Virus record (IMG/VR): IMGVR_UViG_3300043464_002149
Strand: one strand, 5' to 3'
DNA from: a virus
Taxonomy: Duplodnaviria > Caudoviricetes
DNA: 64,000 bases
Positions within the stretch are counted from its first letter, which is position 1. Each line of letters starts with the position of its first letter. Positions 19,366 to 29,866 of the stretch are shown here, piece by piece. A program made the position numbers and the translations under genes. The notes under the pieces are model-generated. The model did not search any database. It saw nothing but the letters and a program-made list of their open reading frames with translations, and had not been told where the DNA came from.

Positions 19366-22268
19366 TCTTCTATTGCCGCATGTAAAGCATAGTCGTGACC
19401 GTTCTTTTCAATTAGATCGTCTTCTTCATGTTTTTCTTTAACACTTTCAGCTTGAAATGAAACAACTTTTCTGTTGTACTCTACCCATTTTTGATCAACA
19501 TGTTTTAAACTATCTTCAACATACATAAAGAACGGATCTCTATTAATTCTATTCCAAAATAATACTTCACCATCAGATAAAGTCATTACTTCATCTAAAC
19601 TATCTTGCCCTTCTGCTTTTAAAGGAAATCCAGAAACTAATTCACATTGTTTCTTCGTGAAATAAACTCTATTAGATGGTTCATCAATTAAAATATCTTC
19701 TCTAATCTCTGGATTAAACACAACTAATAATGGTTCAATTCTTTTATTAAAATTGGTAATATAACGAGCAACATTATAATCACCAGTCATATCAGGATTA
19801 TTCATTAATTCACGTTCAGAAATCATGTAACAATTAATCTTGATGTAATCCGTTGGCATATTCTTACCATGAACCTCATAATATTCCTCTTGTTGCTTCT
19901 TTGTTGCTTTTGTAATTTTTTGAACATCCCCATCTGCTTTCTTAGTACCATTATTGACATAATATATGGTTTCACCAAGAGTTGCTGGATAATCTTTCTC
20001 AACAATTAATTCCATATGGGCTTGTCTAGCCATTGTTGCACCAGATTTTGTTAATTTCTTACAATGTTTTTTATAATCATCAACAGATTGTTTTACACGC
20101 GATTTATTTGCAATTTTTGCTAATGGTATTTCTTTATTATATAATTTTTCTATTGTTTCATAATAAAGATTTAAAAATTCAACACCATCACCATTAAGTA
20201 AATGTTTTAAACCTTCATCTAAAAATTCAACCACATATTGTTGTAGTTTTTTAGATTTAATTGTGTTACCAGTTAGTTTAATTTTTTCTTTACCCTTTTT
20301 AATTAATTTAATAATGTAATTTTTTCTTGATACGTTAATACAAGCTGGTGCATGATAATCAATATCAAGTCCCATTTCATTTCTCATGAATATATCATTG
20401 AATTCAGCGGTATCGGCATCGACACCAAAATATTCTTTACCCTTTTCAACTAATTCATTATTACCTAATCCAATATATCTGTGATCTGCAATATCTTCTG
20501 GTGTTTCAAAGTTTACACCATCAGTGTCCATAACGAGAGGTTTGTAACCTTTTTTCATGTAGAACATAATCATCATACGAAGACATTGACGACCAACACA
20601 TGTAATAGTTTCACCCATATTCATATCACCCCACGGAAATACTTGAGGTGCAGATAAAGAACCAAAATATGCGTTAATGAAAATTTTAATTGGTAATTGT
20701 TTTCTATCATACATTTCAGCTTGTACCGGATCTTTATCTTTTAAATCAGCGGCCAATCTTTTATATAAGATACGAATATTACGGAAGTATTTTAACATGG
20801 TTTTTTGTACTCCCATAATGTCACAATCTGGAAATACATCGTACACCAACTGAATTGATGGATATAGTGATGCATAGTCAAACTTAACAATATTTTTAGA
20901 ATACCCTACCGTCAATAATCTTGATAAACCTCCAGTAATACTTCTTTTTTCATCCTTAGCTGGTATTGCTAAATCGTTTTCAAACGACCAAGCTAACATG
21001 AGAATTTTCCAAAGAGTAGCGGTACCCATTGTTGCAATTCTTTCATATGTTGTTGGAATTACTTTTGATAATAAAAACGTTGATTGACTAAATGAATCAT
21101 CGACAACCATAGTTTCATATAAGTCATCATCTAGATATTGCTCAATGATTTTTCTACCTGGCCAAACCTCAAACTTACCAGGATATTTTTCTAACAACCC
21201 TTCAGTACCCGGCTCACCAATTTTTTTATAACCACCTGTTTTAGGGTTAATGTAGTATGATTCATTTTCTAAATATATTTTTGAAATGAAAGCACCATCA
21301 ACATACACACGATCCGGTTTTTCTTTTTCCAAATATTTGGTAATGTACTTCAAACCCCACGATTTGATTTCAGAATTAATTGCTTGTGCTCTACGAACAG
21401 AGTGTGCAATATCAACAATACTGAATCCCCATAAAACATACTGTGTAAACGGTTCTACTTCATTTGCCAATTTTAAAACACCCTCTTTGGTTTTAATACC
21501 ATCTGTGGTGAATATTTGTGTCAACTTTTTAATGTCTATACCTAAAATTTCAGCTCTTTTTAAAATAAATGGTAAGTCGAACGCAGCTGAGTTATAACCA
21601 CTTATGATTGTTGGTTTTAAATCTTTAATAACTTTAAAAAATTCTTCAATACATCTCTTTTCTCCATCCTCACCATATGCATCCAAAAGTTTTCTGTAAC
21701 CACGGTTATCCTTAATACCAATAAGAATTATGTTATTCTTTTCTGGCTCAAGACCCGTGGTCTCAATATCGAATACCATTCTGTGAACTTCATTATAATC
21801 CTCAATACCTTTAAATAATCTTTTTTTCTTCTGTATAAGATATTGTTCTACAGGTGTTAGTATAATAAATTGTGATTTAAACTTCTCCCCCCATGGATCG
21901 ATACCACCATCTTTAAAAAATCTTATAAGTTCCTGATATCCCTTAAGACTCTTAACCATGTATTTTAATCCGGCATCAAGTCTTTCATTATCACCCGTTT
22001 GTAACTTGGTACTTAAAATACCATATTCGCCCATCTTCTTTTTTTGAAGGGCTTTACTACCGCCATAAAAATTAAATTCACTTAAGTCTCCAGCCCACAG
22101 AAATGGTATAAAGGTGTCTTCTGTGACATACTTACCTCTTACTGGATCTTGTATAATTTTGTAGATTTTATTGTCTTTGTAATCATATTCAACACCGACA
22201 ATGTACTTCTCCGGATCGGAGCCATTCAAGAAGTCCTCGATAACTTCTTGAGAAATAATCTCTTGCAT
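19362..22268 (-). CDS. Family B DNA polymerase with 3'-5' exonuclease
   Basis: Exo I FDIETTG, Exo II GYNSAAFDLPF, motif A DYASLYPS, motif B KIFINAYFG, motif C MDTDG. Start reassigned to MQEIIS (22268). Confidence 0.95.
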   Translation of the reverse strand: MQEIISQEVIEDFLNGSDPEKYIVGVEYDYKDNKIYKIIQDPVRGKYVTEDTFIPFLWAGDLSEFNFYGGSKALQKKKMGEYGILSTKLQTGDNERLDAGLKYMVKSLKGYQELIRFFKDGGIDPWGEKFKSQFIILTPVEQYLIQKKKRLFKGIEDYNEVHRMVFDIETTGLEPEKNNIILIGIKDNRGYRKLLDAYGEDGEKRCIEEFFKVIKDLKPTIISGYNSAAFDLPFILKRAEILGIDIKKLTQIFTTDGIKTKEGVLKLANEVEPFTQYVLWGFSIVDIAHSVRRAQAINSEIKSWGLKYITKYLEKEKPDRVYVDGAFISKIYLENESYYINPKTGGYKKIGEPGTEGLLEKYPGKFEVWPGRKIIEQYLDDDLYETMVVDDSFSQSTFLLSKVIPTTYERIATMGTATLWKILMLAWSFENDLAIPAKDEKRSITGGLSRLLTVGYSKNIVKFDYASLYPSIQLVYDVFPDCDIMGVQKTMLKYFRNIRILYKRLAADLKDKDPVQAEMYDRKQLPIKIFINAYFGSLSAPQVFPWGDMNMGETITCVGRQCLRMMIMFYMKKGYKPLVMDTDGVNFETPEDIADHRYIGLGNNELVEKGKEYFGVDADTAEFNDIFMRNEMGLDIDYHAPACINVSRKNYIIKLIKKGKEKIKLTGNTIKSKKLQQYVVEFLDEGLKHLLNGDGVEFLNLYYETIEKLYNKEIPLAKIANKSRVKQSVDDYKKHCKKLTKSGATMARQAHMELIVEKDYPATLGETIYYVNNGTKKADGDVQKITKATKKQQEEYYEVHGKNMPTDYIKINCYMISERELMNNPDMTGDYNVARYITNFNKRIEPLLVVFNPEIREDILIDEPSNRVYFTKKQCELVSGFPLKAEGQDSLDEVMTLSDGEVLFWNRINRDPFFMYVEDSLKHVDQKWVEYNRKVVSFQAESVKEKHEEDDLIEKNGHDYALHAAIED

Positions 22269-22279
22269 ATTTTTAAATT

Positions 22280-22326
22280 TGAGTGACACATTAGCTTACG
22301 GATTAACCGTAGTTAGCCTTTACTCA
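22280..22326 (-). promoter_or_regulatory. Leader hairpin of the DNA polymerase mRNA
   Basis: UGAGU..GCU..UACGG-UUAAU-CCGUA-AGC..ACUCA ending 11 nt before the AUG. Confidence 0.45.
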
Positions 22327-22359
22327 GTAAAAATACGAAAATTTAATGAGAAAAAAAAA

Positions 22360-22728
22360 TTAAATAATGTTGATAAATAGTTTTTCCTTTACAGGGGTGA
22401 TAAGTTTTGTGGTTGGGTTGGAATTTGTATCTAAAAACTGCACAATAAATTTACCTTCAAACTTACCTATTTTTGATGTTTGAGCCTCAGTGAATCTATA
22501 TGTAATATAATATTCATCAGTGGTCTGATTGTATTTTTTAGTTCTTGTGGTTAACAATGCGGTACCATTTAAAATCTCTGGCTCACCGGTTTTATGATCA
22601 ACCATTTCAAATGTTATATCCGAATTCTCCAATAGATCATTGAACGACGACTTATCATTTTTGCCGTCGTCCACTAATCTCATCTTTAATATCGGGTCAG
22701 TTGCCCCTTGTCTGATAAAAAATTCCAT
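22360..22728 (-). CDS. Hypothetical virion protein (BppU-N-like beta-sandwich)
   Basis: MEFFIRQGATDPILKMRL...ITYRF...T...GKFEGKF resembles BppU N-terminal-type adaptor domains (inference). Confidence 0.45.
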   Translation of the reverse strand: MEFFIRQGATDPILKMRLVDDGKNDKSSFNDLLENSDITFEMVDHKTGEPEILNGTALLTTRTKKYNQTTDEYYITYRFTEAQTSKIGKFEGKFIVQFLDTNSNPTTKLITPVKEKLFINII

Positions 22729-22970
22729 TATTTAATTGTTAATAAAAATTGGTTTCCAGATTTAATTGGTGCAGTTTCACCTTCTTTCAATTCACGTGAC
22801 ATATAAAAGAATTGTTCTTTTACCACCTCAAATGGAAATTCAATTTCACCTTTAACCACACTCTTAATGTGTTCAATTGTTAACGGTTGGTCAACGTTGA
22901 AGGTTCTTTTATATCTTTTTAATTTCTTTTCGTTCTTAACGATTAAAACGTCTATATCTAATATTTTCAT
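22728..22970 (-). CDS. Hypothetical protein (80 aa)
   Basis: ORF translationally coupled to the next gene. Confidence 0.55.
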   Translation of the reverse strand: MKILDIDVLIVKNEKKLKRYKRTFNVDQPLTIEHIKSVVKGEIEFPFEVVKEQFFYMSRELKEGETAPIKSGNQFLLTIK

Positions 22971-22998
22971 AATCTATTTTATAATTTTTTTTTAATTA

Positions 22999-25098
22999 TT
23001 AATCGGTAAACCAGATGTAATCATTCTGTGTTGTTTCACCATCGTGGTCATCCATCATAACAGATGTTATTGTATCTTCACTAACTAAGAAAAACTTTTT
23101 AATTTCTTCAACTTGGAATACTACTGTAAATCTATCTTTTGCAGTATATACAGCATCCCAACTCGTATATTCTGTTGTGTAACTGTTTAATAATGTTCCT
23201 GTGAAATCATACAATCTTATTTTAATGTCACTATCTCCAGATTGATTATAAACCATCATAAACTTATCCACTCCAATAAAAAACGAGGCATTAAGATATT
23301 CAGGTACAATAAATTCTGAACTAATTCCACTATTGGTTAAAACTCTACCAGTTCCATTAGTTGATGACCTTAATAACATTACACTTGGTTCTTTGAACGT
23401 AGGTACAAAAAAACTGTTTGGAGTGTTGGTATTATTATAATAACCTGTTGAAGTAAATCCTGTACTACCACTGTAAACATAATATCCGTGTTGAACATTG
23501 TCACTTGTAACATAACTTAAATATGCTACGTCACCCTGGTAATTAAGATTATAAGTATAATTACCGTCTAATGTTGGATTTAAACTATCGAGAATTGTTC
23601 CATTTGCATCAGTTAAAAAGAAAAACCATTCAAGTCCATCATCAGTGGTAAAATATGATATTGACCTGTTCCCAATTGATTCGTCACTAAAACTTGTTAC
23701 TCCTGATACTGATTGATTAAAATCTGTAATTGTTACACCCGTGTTTGTAATTGATAACAAACCAAGAGTGTTACCCGTTGTTTCAATTCTAAACTTAATG
23801 TTATTACCGATGTCAGGGTTGGTTGTTATTAGTCTATTAGTACCATTTGTAACTACATATGTTGAAAATTGTGACTGACCATTTAACATATAAACAATGT
23901 CATAATGTGATCTTACCGATGTAAAATATTCTTCATTACTAGACACTGTTTTATAAAACGCAATCGAAACACTTCCATCAACAAAATCTTGAGGCCAAAA
24001 ACTATCATCACCTTCAAGGTCAACAGATGTGTAATTAACACCTCTAACGTGACTTGATAAAGTTAACGTTTCTGTTGTGTGATTATAATGAATTATTTTG
24101 TAATCGACACTATTGTCTTGAGAGTTCCAATAAACTACGCACATTTTATCTGTTCCAAGAAAAGTAAAATCTACAGAGGTATATGTTTCACCCGTAAGTG
24201 ATACAGTTTCTAAAATTTCACCGTCGGTGTTATAAATTTGTAAATTTGTGTATGTACTAATTTCACCCTGTAATCTAGTTTCAACAACAATAAAATCAGT
24301 TGATGGGGAAATCATATGGTCAACATATGTACCATCTTCCCAAGTCTTGAATGGGATAGTGGTACCATCGGATTTCATAATAATTGACACACCATCTCCA
24401 TTATGTGTCCATCCAGTTCCGGTTGGTACTTCCCATTCTTTTACAATAAAAGAATTATCACCCGTAACCGCTTCATAATCCCAATCAATATCGATATAAT
24501 GTGTTATGGGGTTCCAATCATAAGTGTATATCTCAGTACCGTTGAAATATTTTAATATCCCGTTATCTTCATCTTCAAATGTAATCCATTTACCATTTAA
24601 AGTACTAAAATTATATTCTTCAGTAGCGCCACTATATTGTCCAACTATGGCATTTGACGCATCTGTGAATACTATTAACCTTTCGTCCATATTGTCTATA
24701 CCTCTAAAAAGATAACCAAATCCAGATTCTGTCAATGGAAGAAGACCATCATTTTCCCAATAAGTTGAATCAACACCTAAGTTAATAACCTCGGCGGTGA
24801 AATCGTTAAAGTTTAATGTGGCAACACCATAGTTGTCTGAATTCCTCATTCTATTAGAATGAACAAATAGTTGTGAACTTAATACTGGTTCATCTACGGT
24901 CAACGTATATGTGTAATCATACTCTGGCAGGTATAAAGAATATACACCATACGGATGTGAGTTAATATTATTAAACGGAATCGTCTTAGTCCCAAGGTTT
25001 ACCGTGGTACCTGATGTTGTTCCTGTATATGGTGTGAATGTCACCGTTGCGGTTTTACCACTTAGATTTTCACTTAATATTCTTGCACCTATTGCCAT
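22999..25098 (-). CDS. Putative virion structural / receptor-binding protein (Thr/Ser/Gly/Tyr-rich, beta-rich)
   Basis: 699-aa ORF with beta-rich composition, a late-promoter motif upstream and fibre-gene context. Confidence 0.5.
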   Translation of the reverse strand: MAIGARILSENLSGKTATVTFTPYTGTTSGTTVNLGTKTIPFNNINSHPYGVYSLYLPEYDYTYTLTVDEPVLSSQLFVHSNRMRNSDNYGVATLNFNDFTAEVINLGVDSTYWENDGLLPLTESGFGYLFRGIDNMDERLIVFTDASNAIVGQYSGATEEYNFSTLNGKWITFEDEDNGILKYFNGTEIYTYDWNPITHYIDIDWDYEAVTGDNSFIVKEWEVPTGTGWTHNGDGVSIIMKSDGTTIPFKTWEDGTYVDHMISPSTDFIVVETRLQGEISTYTNLQIYNTDGEILETVSLTGETYTSVDFTFLGTDKMCVVYWNSQDNSVDYKIIHYNHTTETLTLSSHVRGVNYTSVDLEGDDSFWPQDFVDGSVSIAFYKTVSSNEEYFTSVRSHYDIVYMLNGQSQFSTYVVTNGTNRLITTNPDIGNNIKFRIETTGNTLGLLSITNTGVTITDFNQSVSGVTSFSDESIGNRSISYFTTDDGLEWFFFLTDANGTILDSLNPTLDGNYTYNLNYQGDVAYLSYVTSDNVQHGYYVYSGSTGFTSTGYYNNTNTPNSFFVPTFKEPSVMLLRSSTNGTGRVLTNSGISSEFIVPEYLNASFFIGVDKFMMVYNQSGDSDIKIRLYDFTGTLLNSYTTEYTSWDAVYTAKDRFTVVFQVEEIKKFFLVSEDTITSVMMDDHDGETTQNDYIWFTD

Positions 25099-25161
25099 AG
25101 TTTGTTAATTTTTGTCTATTATAAATACTTTATTTTGTTGTATCTTTTATTATTTGTTATT

Positions 25162-27810
25162 TTATAGTCCATATTTTGATTTACTTGTATTGTAGTTACC
25201 CAAAACCTGAGATGCGGTCAATGCACTATTATACACTCTAACTATACCAACACTACCATTTAACCATTGAGGGAATTGACCACCGTTAAACGAACCAATA
25301 TATAATGGACTTGTGGTATTTTTAATACTATTAAATGTGTGTGAAGTACTTCCAATTAAACTACCATTAATATACAACGCTAAAGAATTTGTTGATACAT
25401 TTGTCCACACACCTACCACTTGATACCAAGTATTAATACTTAAAGTGGACGATGTTGATGTAACACCCGCAGAACCGTTTGCCATTTCCATATATGTATT
25501 ACCGTTGGAAAGAGTTCTCAAACCATACCCCCAATCCGCCGTATTACCACCATCAGTTTTTGCAATAAGAGTTCTAGTTGCTCCTGTAATTGTTGATTGA
25601 TTTACCCACATTTCTATTGACCAATCACCAGCTGTTGGTTCCAATATTGGATTGTCAGGAATTGAAATTTGTGAAGAGGTTCCGTTAAATGTAAAGTATG
25701 GTGATGTGAATGTTAAATTTGACATCGTTCCGTGCATACCCACACCACTTAAATCATTAATAGTTGTTCCGGTACCCGGATAAGATGATGTGTTAGATGG
25801 GTCATAATGTAAAATTAAACCATTTGTTGTGATACACGCAATAGTTATTGACTTCGCAATTATATTTGAAGGGTTTTCAGTTTCCCTTACAGCCACCCAA
25901 AACGTTCCACTTGATGCTGGAATTAATAAACCAGAGGCTCCACCAGTAATAGGTTGCCACGTAGATGCGTTAAGTGCAGCATTTTCTGTTGTAAACGTTC
26001 CATTACTATATTGGTAATTATTAGATGCCGAACCAACGAAATTACTAAATCTAATTGAACCATTATTTTCACAATTACCTGAAATTGAGAAATTTAATGG
26101 AGGTATGGTCGGTGTTACTGTAGGTGTGCTCGTTGCAGTCGGGGTCGGTGTACTCGTTTCAGTCGGGGTCGGTGTACTCGTTTCAGTCGGGGTCGGTGTA
26201 CTCGTTTCAGTCGGGGTCGGTGTACTCGTTTCAGTCGGGGTCGGTGTACTCGTTTCAGTCGGGGTCGGTGTTGGAGTGCTTGTTTCCGTAGGGGTCGGTG
26301 TTGGTGTACTCGTTGCCGTTGAAGTAGGGGTTGGGGTCGGTGTAGAACAAATCCAAGTAGTTACTGAACTATTATAGTTTTGTAAAACATCTGAAGATGA
26401 AATCGCACCATCCCATATTTCTAATCTACCAAATTTTAATGCAGAATATGAACCATCGCCTAAGTTTGTACTATCTGCGGTGCCTATTGCATAATATAAA
26501 CCATTACCACTTTGGTATGGTGCTTGTCTAACAACTGTTGATGAACCAGCACTTTGACCATTTACATATGCGGTTAAAGTTGTATTGTTCTGTACAAATC
26601 CAATATAGTACCAATTATTAAGAGGTGTCGATATTGATGATATTATTTCACTACCATATGGCCAAACACTAAACTTTAATGCTCCACTAACCATTTCAAT
26701 TTGTGAATCGTGCCAACCAATGTTTAAAACAGCACTACCTTGTTCACTCAATATTACACCATTATCTGTTAAATAAACCCAAAGAAATATAGATGTATCT
26801 GTAGAATCATAAAGTGTATTAATTGAGGTGTTGGTTAAAATATATTGACTGGTACCGTTCAACACTATTGACGAAGTACATCCATCATTTTGATATGATG
26901 GTGAACCAATTATACTTGCATTTGTGTTACCCAAAATGTCCGTAACCGTTGTTCCACTTCCAGAATATGATATTGAATCATTTATGTTTAAGTCAACAAT
27001 TTTGTTATATGGAACTATTGTCGGTGTTGGTGTCGGTGTTGGTGTACTCGTTGCAGTTGGTGTCGGTGTTGGTGTACTCGTTGCAGTTGGTGTTGGTGTA
27101 GGTGTACTTGTTGGGGTTGGTGATGGTTGTAATAATGAATAACTTAAATCGTTATTTGGTATTAATGTGTATGATAAATCTGTGTTTGGTATTAATGTAT
27201 AAGTAAAATCATTATTTGGAATAATGACATATAGTAAATCATTACCAGGAATAATCACATATGTGAAATCATTTTCTGGTATAGATGGTGTTACTGTTGG
27301 TGTTGGCGTTGCTGTAGGGGATGGGGTAGGTGTTGGTATTGAACAAGAAACATCACCACAATCTAAAACGACCCTTAAATCATCTAAATCATAATCAAAT
27401 TCTGAGCCTAAATCAAGACCTACAATTTCATAACATACACCATTTCCAAGACTATATATTATTCCTGTTAACCCACTTGTTAAACTTCTACCTATTTTAT
27501 TGTGTGTTTGATCACAATCCCTTAAAAAGTAATAATAATATGCTATTTGAGTTTCGGTTGGCGTCGGTGTAGGTGTCTCTGTTGCCGTTGGGGTTGGTGT
27601 AGAAGTCGCAGTTGGTGTTGGGGTCGGCGTTGGTGTTGCGGTATTTGTTGGTGTAGGTGTACTAGTAGCCGTAGGTGTGATAGTAAATGTAGGTGTAGGT
27701 GTTGGGGTAATAGTAAAAGTGGGTGTGGGGGTCGGTATGACTTGACCATCATTAGGTCTAACCACAAAAATTCTTGTTGCTCCAACTCTTGACGATATTT
27801 TACTAATCAT
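25162..27810 (-). CDS. Fibre/decoration protein: three mucin-like Pro-Thr tracts plus two LamG/ConA-like lectin domains
   Basis: (PT)n tracts. LamG-like motifs such as FNGTSSQI..PD...WSIEMWV...W.QVVGV...LYINGS...LYIG...GSVGIVRVYNSALTASQV occur twice. Confidence 0.8.
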   Translation of the reverse strand: MISKISSRVGATRIFVVRPNDGQVIPTPTPTFTITPTPTPTFTITPTATSTPTPTNTATPTPTPTPTATSTPTPTATETPTPTPTETQIAYYYYFLRDCDQTHNKIGRSLTSGLTGIIYSLGNGVCYEIVGLDLGSEFDYDLDDLRVVLDCGDVSCSIPTPTPSPTATPTPTVTPSIPENDFTYVIIPGNDLLYVIIPNNDFTYTLIPNTDLSYTLIPNNDLSYSLLQPSPTPTSTPTPTPTATSTPTPTPTATSTPTPTPTPTIVPYNKIVDLNINDSISYSGSGTTVTDILGNTNASIIGSPSYQNDGCTSSIVLNGTSQYILTNTSINTLYDSTDTSIFLWVYLTDNGVILSEQGSAVLNIGWHDSQIEMVSGALKFSVWPYGSEIISSISTPLNNWYYIGFVQNNTTLTAYVNGQSAGSSTVVRQAPYQSGNGLYYAIGTADSTNLGDGSYSALKFGRLEIWDGAISSSDVLQNYNSSVTTWICSTPTPTPTSTATSTPTPTPTETSTPTPTPTETSTPTPTETSTPTPTETSTPTPTETSTPTPTETSTPTPTATSTPTVTPTIPPLNFSISGNCENNGSIRFSNFVGSASNNYQYSNGTFTTENAALNASTWQPITGGASGLLIPASSGTFWVAVRETENPSNIIAKSITIACITTNGLILHYDPSNTSSYPGTGTTINDLSGVGMHGTMSNLTFTSPYFTFNGTSSQISIPDNPILEPTAGDWSIEMWVNQSTITGATRTLIAKTDGGNTADWGYGLRTLSNGNTYMEMANGSAGVTSTSSTLSINTWYQVVGVWTNVSTNSLALYINGSLIGSTSHTFNSIKNTTSPLYIGSFNGGQFPQWLNGSVGIVRVYNSALTASQVLGNYNTSKSKYGL
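26136..26271. repeat. Perfect 24-bp tandem repeat CAGTCGGGGTCGGTGTACTCGTTT x5.7 (encodes TETSTPTP)
   Basis: Five identical copies plus a 16-bp partial copy, read directly. Confidence 0.9.
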
Positions 27811-27816
27811 AATATA

Positions 27817-28398
27817 TTAACCAAATGTTGTAAACGTTCCTAAGATATTCCAAGATGATCCAACTCTAAGTGCTGTTAATCCTATTACATCAGTTTTATT
27901 TGAATTACCCACTGGTTGTTCATTATTTGCCCAACTAACAGTAACACTTTCATTATTTAATCTATATGAAGAAGCGATATATGGTGTTGATTCTTGTTTT
28001 ACTATAAATGTTAATGAAATTGCACTTAAATTTTCGGTTGGTACGTTTGATACATTATATGTGTTATTATTTAATGAATTTGTTAAATAATATACTGAAC
28101 CATCGTTATAATCAAATTCATATGTTGACGTTCCACCACTAACCTCAAGCACTATTTTTTCATTTACACTACCGATATTCAATGAACCACTAAAATTAAC
28201 ATTTTCTTGTACTGTTAAATTTCCATTTATAAATTGACTACCAGTGAAATGGTGTGATCCACTATCTACTAGTATTTGTCTAAGTTGATTTAAAGTGTGT
28301 TGATATGTTACCCCAGAATGAACAACGGGTGTTAATCCATTAAGCGGTAAACTTGCTAACGATCCGCTGGGTAATTGTGATATTTTTTTTCCTGCCAT
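27817..28398 (-). CDS. Short tail-fibre-like structural protein
   Basis: N-terminal KKISQLP motif and GSLNIG beta-repeat-like segments typical of phage fibre proteins. Confidence 0.5.
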   Translation of the reverse strand: MAGKKISQLPSGSLASLPLNGLTPVVHSGVTYQHTLNQLRQILVDSGSHHFTGSQFINGNLTVQENVNFSGSLNIGSVNEKIVLEVSGGTSTYEFDYNDGSVYYLTNSLNNNTYNVSNVPTENLSAISLTFIVKQESTPYIASSYRLNNESVTVSWANNEQPVGNSNKTDVIGLTALRVGSSWNILGTFTTFG

Positions 28399-28411
28399 TT
28401 AAATAAATATT

Positions 28412-29860
28412 TTAATAAAGTATTGTATTATTATCTTCTGTTAAGGTATATTCTCCAGATTCTATTAATAATCCATCTGAAAAATATCCAATTAATTCGT
28501 CTTCACAGTCTAAACCACATATGAAGAAATCATATTGATTTAATCTTGTTAAGAAGTTATGTCTTACGTGGACAAAATCTAGGGGTTCTTCATAATATTT
28601 TATTGATTTTATATTAAAGCAACATACACCCCTGTGGTTGATGTCCATCTGTTGTGACCCTCCCCAAGATTGGATAAATGGTTGTGATCCTCTATTTGAT
28701 GCCACAACCTCCTCCCAGTTTTCTTTTTTATATATTGGCCTACCGTTTAAATAAATTTTTAATGTACCCAATCTTCTTTGTCTTTCATCCGCCCACTTTT
28801 TGTTTAAAAATTCATATTTTTCTTCATAAGAAGCAATTTGATTACTCGTTACGGCGGTAACTACGGTATCTCTATAATCTTCAATTTTCCAACCTAATAA
28901 ATCATTCCAACCACCATGATTTTCAACATCACAATCTGTGTAGTGTTTATATCTATCAAATACTATTGTTATATTAAAATCTTTTGTTTGATCCGTTGTA
29001 CATAATTGAGGTGTAACGTCTGATTCAACATAATAACTTTCAGTATATCCACTAGTAGTATGGCAATAACCAGAATATCTTGTGGCAGTCCACATTATTT
29101 TTCTGTCTGAAGTAAAACCAAAAGACAAACTATTATCTGCGATACTTGAATAATCGCTTGGACCTCCAGAGCCAAAATAATAAAACTTACCACCTGCTGA
29201 CCATGGTAATGACTCTCTATTAAATATAAAATCCAGTGACCAACCCTTTTCTGTTCTTCTTTTTATGATTGGAGAAGAACATTCGTTTGGTTCAGGTTGT
29301 ATAAATTGGTACGCCCAGGGCTTAACACCATATTTTGGGGTAATACCGCAACACGCGGTAGGTCTTTGTAGTTTACCTGTACATTTATAATAAAAATACT
29401 CGTCAACAAAGCTTGAAATTATATCAGCTTCATTAATACCCATATTCAAATCTATAAAGATTGGATTATTATAACCGGTTATTCTCATGTAATGTACCTT
29501 ACCATCATTATCATTAAACAAATAAACGTCATTATTTAATATTTGATATTTGTGGTAAAAACTTAAACCATCACAAAAAGCATCAAAGCTTATTGTTGTT
29601 GAATATCCAGAATATGGATATGACGAGTTATTTACCCTATTATCATACTCAGATAAGGTAATTGTGGTTCTAACACAAGCAAAATCCTCTAAACTATCAT
29701 TTATTTTAAGAGTAGAGTAAGTTATTGGTCTTGATAAATCTAAAACATCATCATTATGATCATCTATAACCTTTGCTATCTCATAATCATAAAATTCTGA
29801 AGTATCTAGCTTAGAATCCAGTTTAGTTCCATAAAACTTTAAAATATTCTGGCTGTTCAT
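28412..29860 (-). CDS. Hypothetical virion protein, possibly ConA/LamG-like C-terminal half
   Basis: FNITIVFDRY...LGTLKIYLNGRPIY...IKSIKYYEEPL. Start reassigned to MNSQN because the longer start includes the promoter motif. Confidence 0.45.
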   Translation of the reverse strand: MNSQNILKFYGTKLDSKLDTSEFYDYEIAKVIDDHNDDVLDLSRPITYSTLKINDSLEDFACVRTTITLSEYDNRVNNSSYPYSGYSTTISFDAFCDGLSFYHKYQILNNDVYLFNDNDGKVHYMRITGYNNPIFIDLNMGINEADIISSFVDEYFYYKCTGKLQRPTACCGITPKYGVKPWAYQFIQPEPNECSSPIIKRRTEKGWSLDFIFNRESLPWSAGGKFYYFGSGGPSDYSSIADNSLSFGFTSDRKIMWTATRYSGYCHTTSGYTESYYVESDVTPQLCTTDQTKDFNITIVFDRYKHYTDCDVENHGGWNDLLGWKIEDYRDTVVTAVTSNQIASYEEKYEFLNKKWADERQRRLGTLKIYLNGRPIYKKENWEEVVASNRGSQPFIQSWGGSQQMDINHRGVCCFNIKSIKYYEEPLDFVHVRHNFLTRLNQYDFFICGLDCEDELIGYFSDGLLIESGEYTLTEDNNTILY

Positions 29861-29866
29861 ATTTAG

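Noticed and set aside
22790-22802. Second parS-like site (TTCACGTGA)
   Set aside because: It lies inside a coding region and the flanks do not match GTT...AAC.
26136-26271. Regular 24-bp repeats as a possible CRISPR array
   Set aside because: The copies are contiguous with no spacers, in frame, and encode the Thr-Pro linker.
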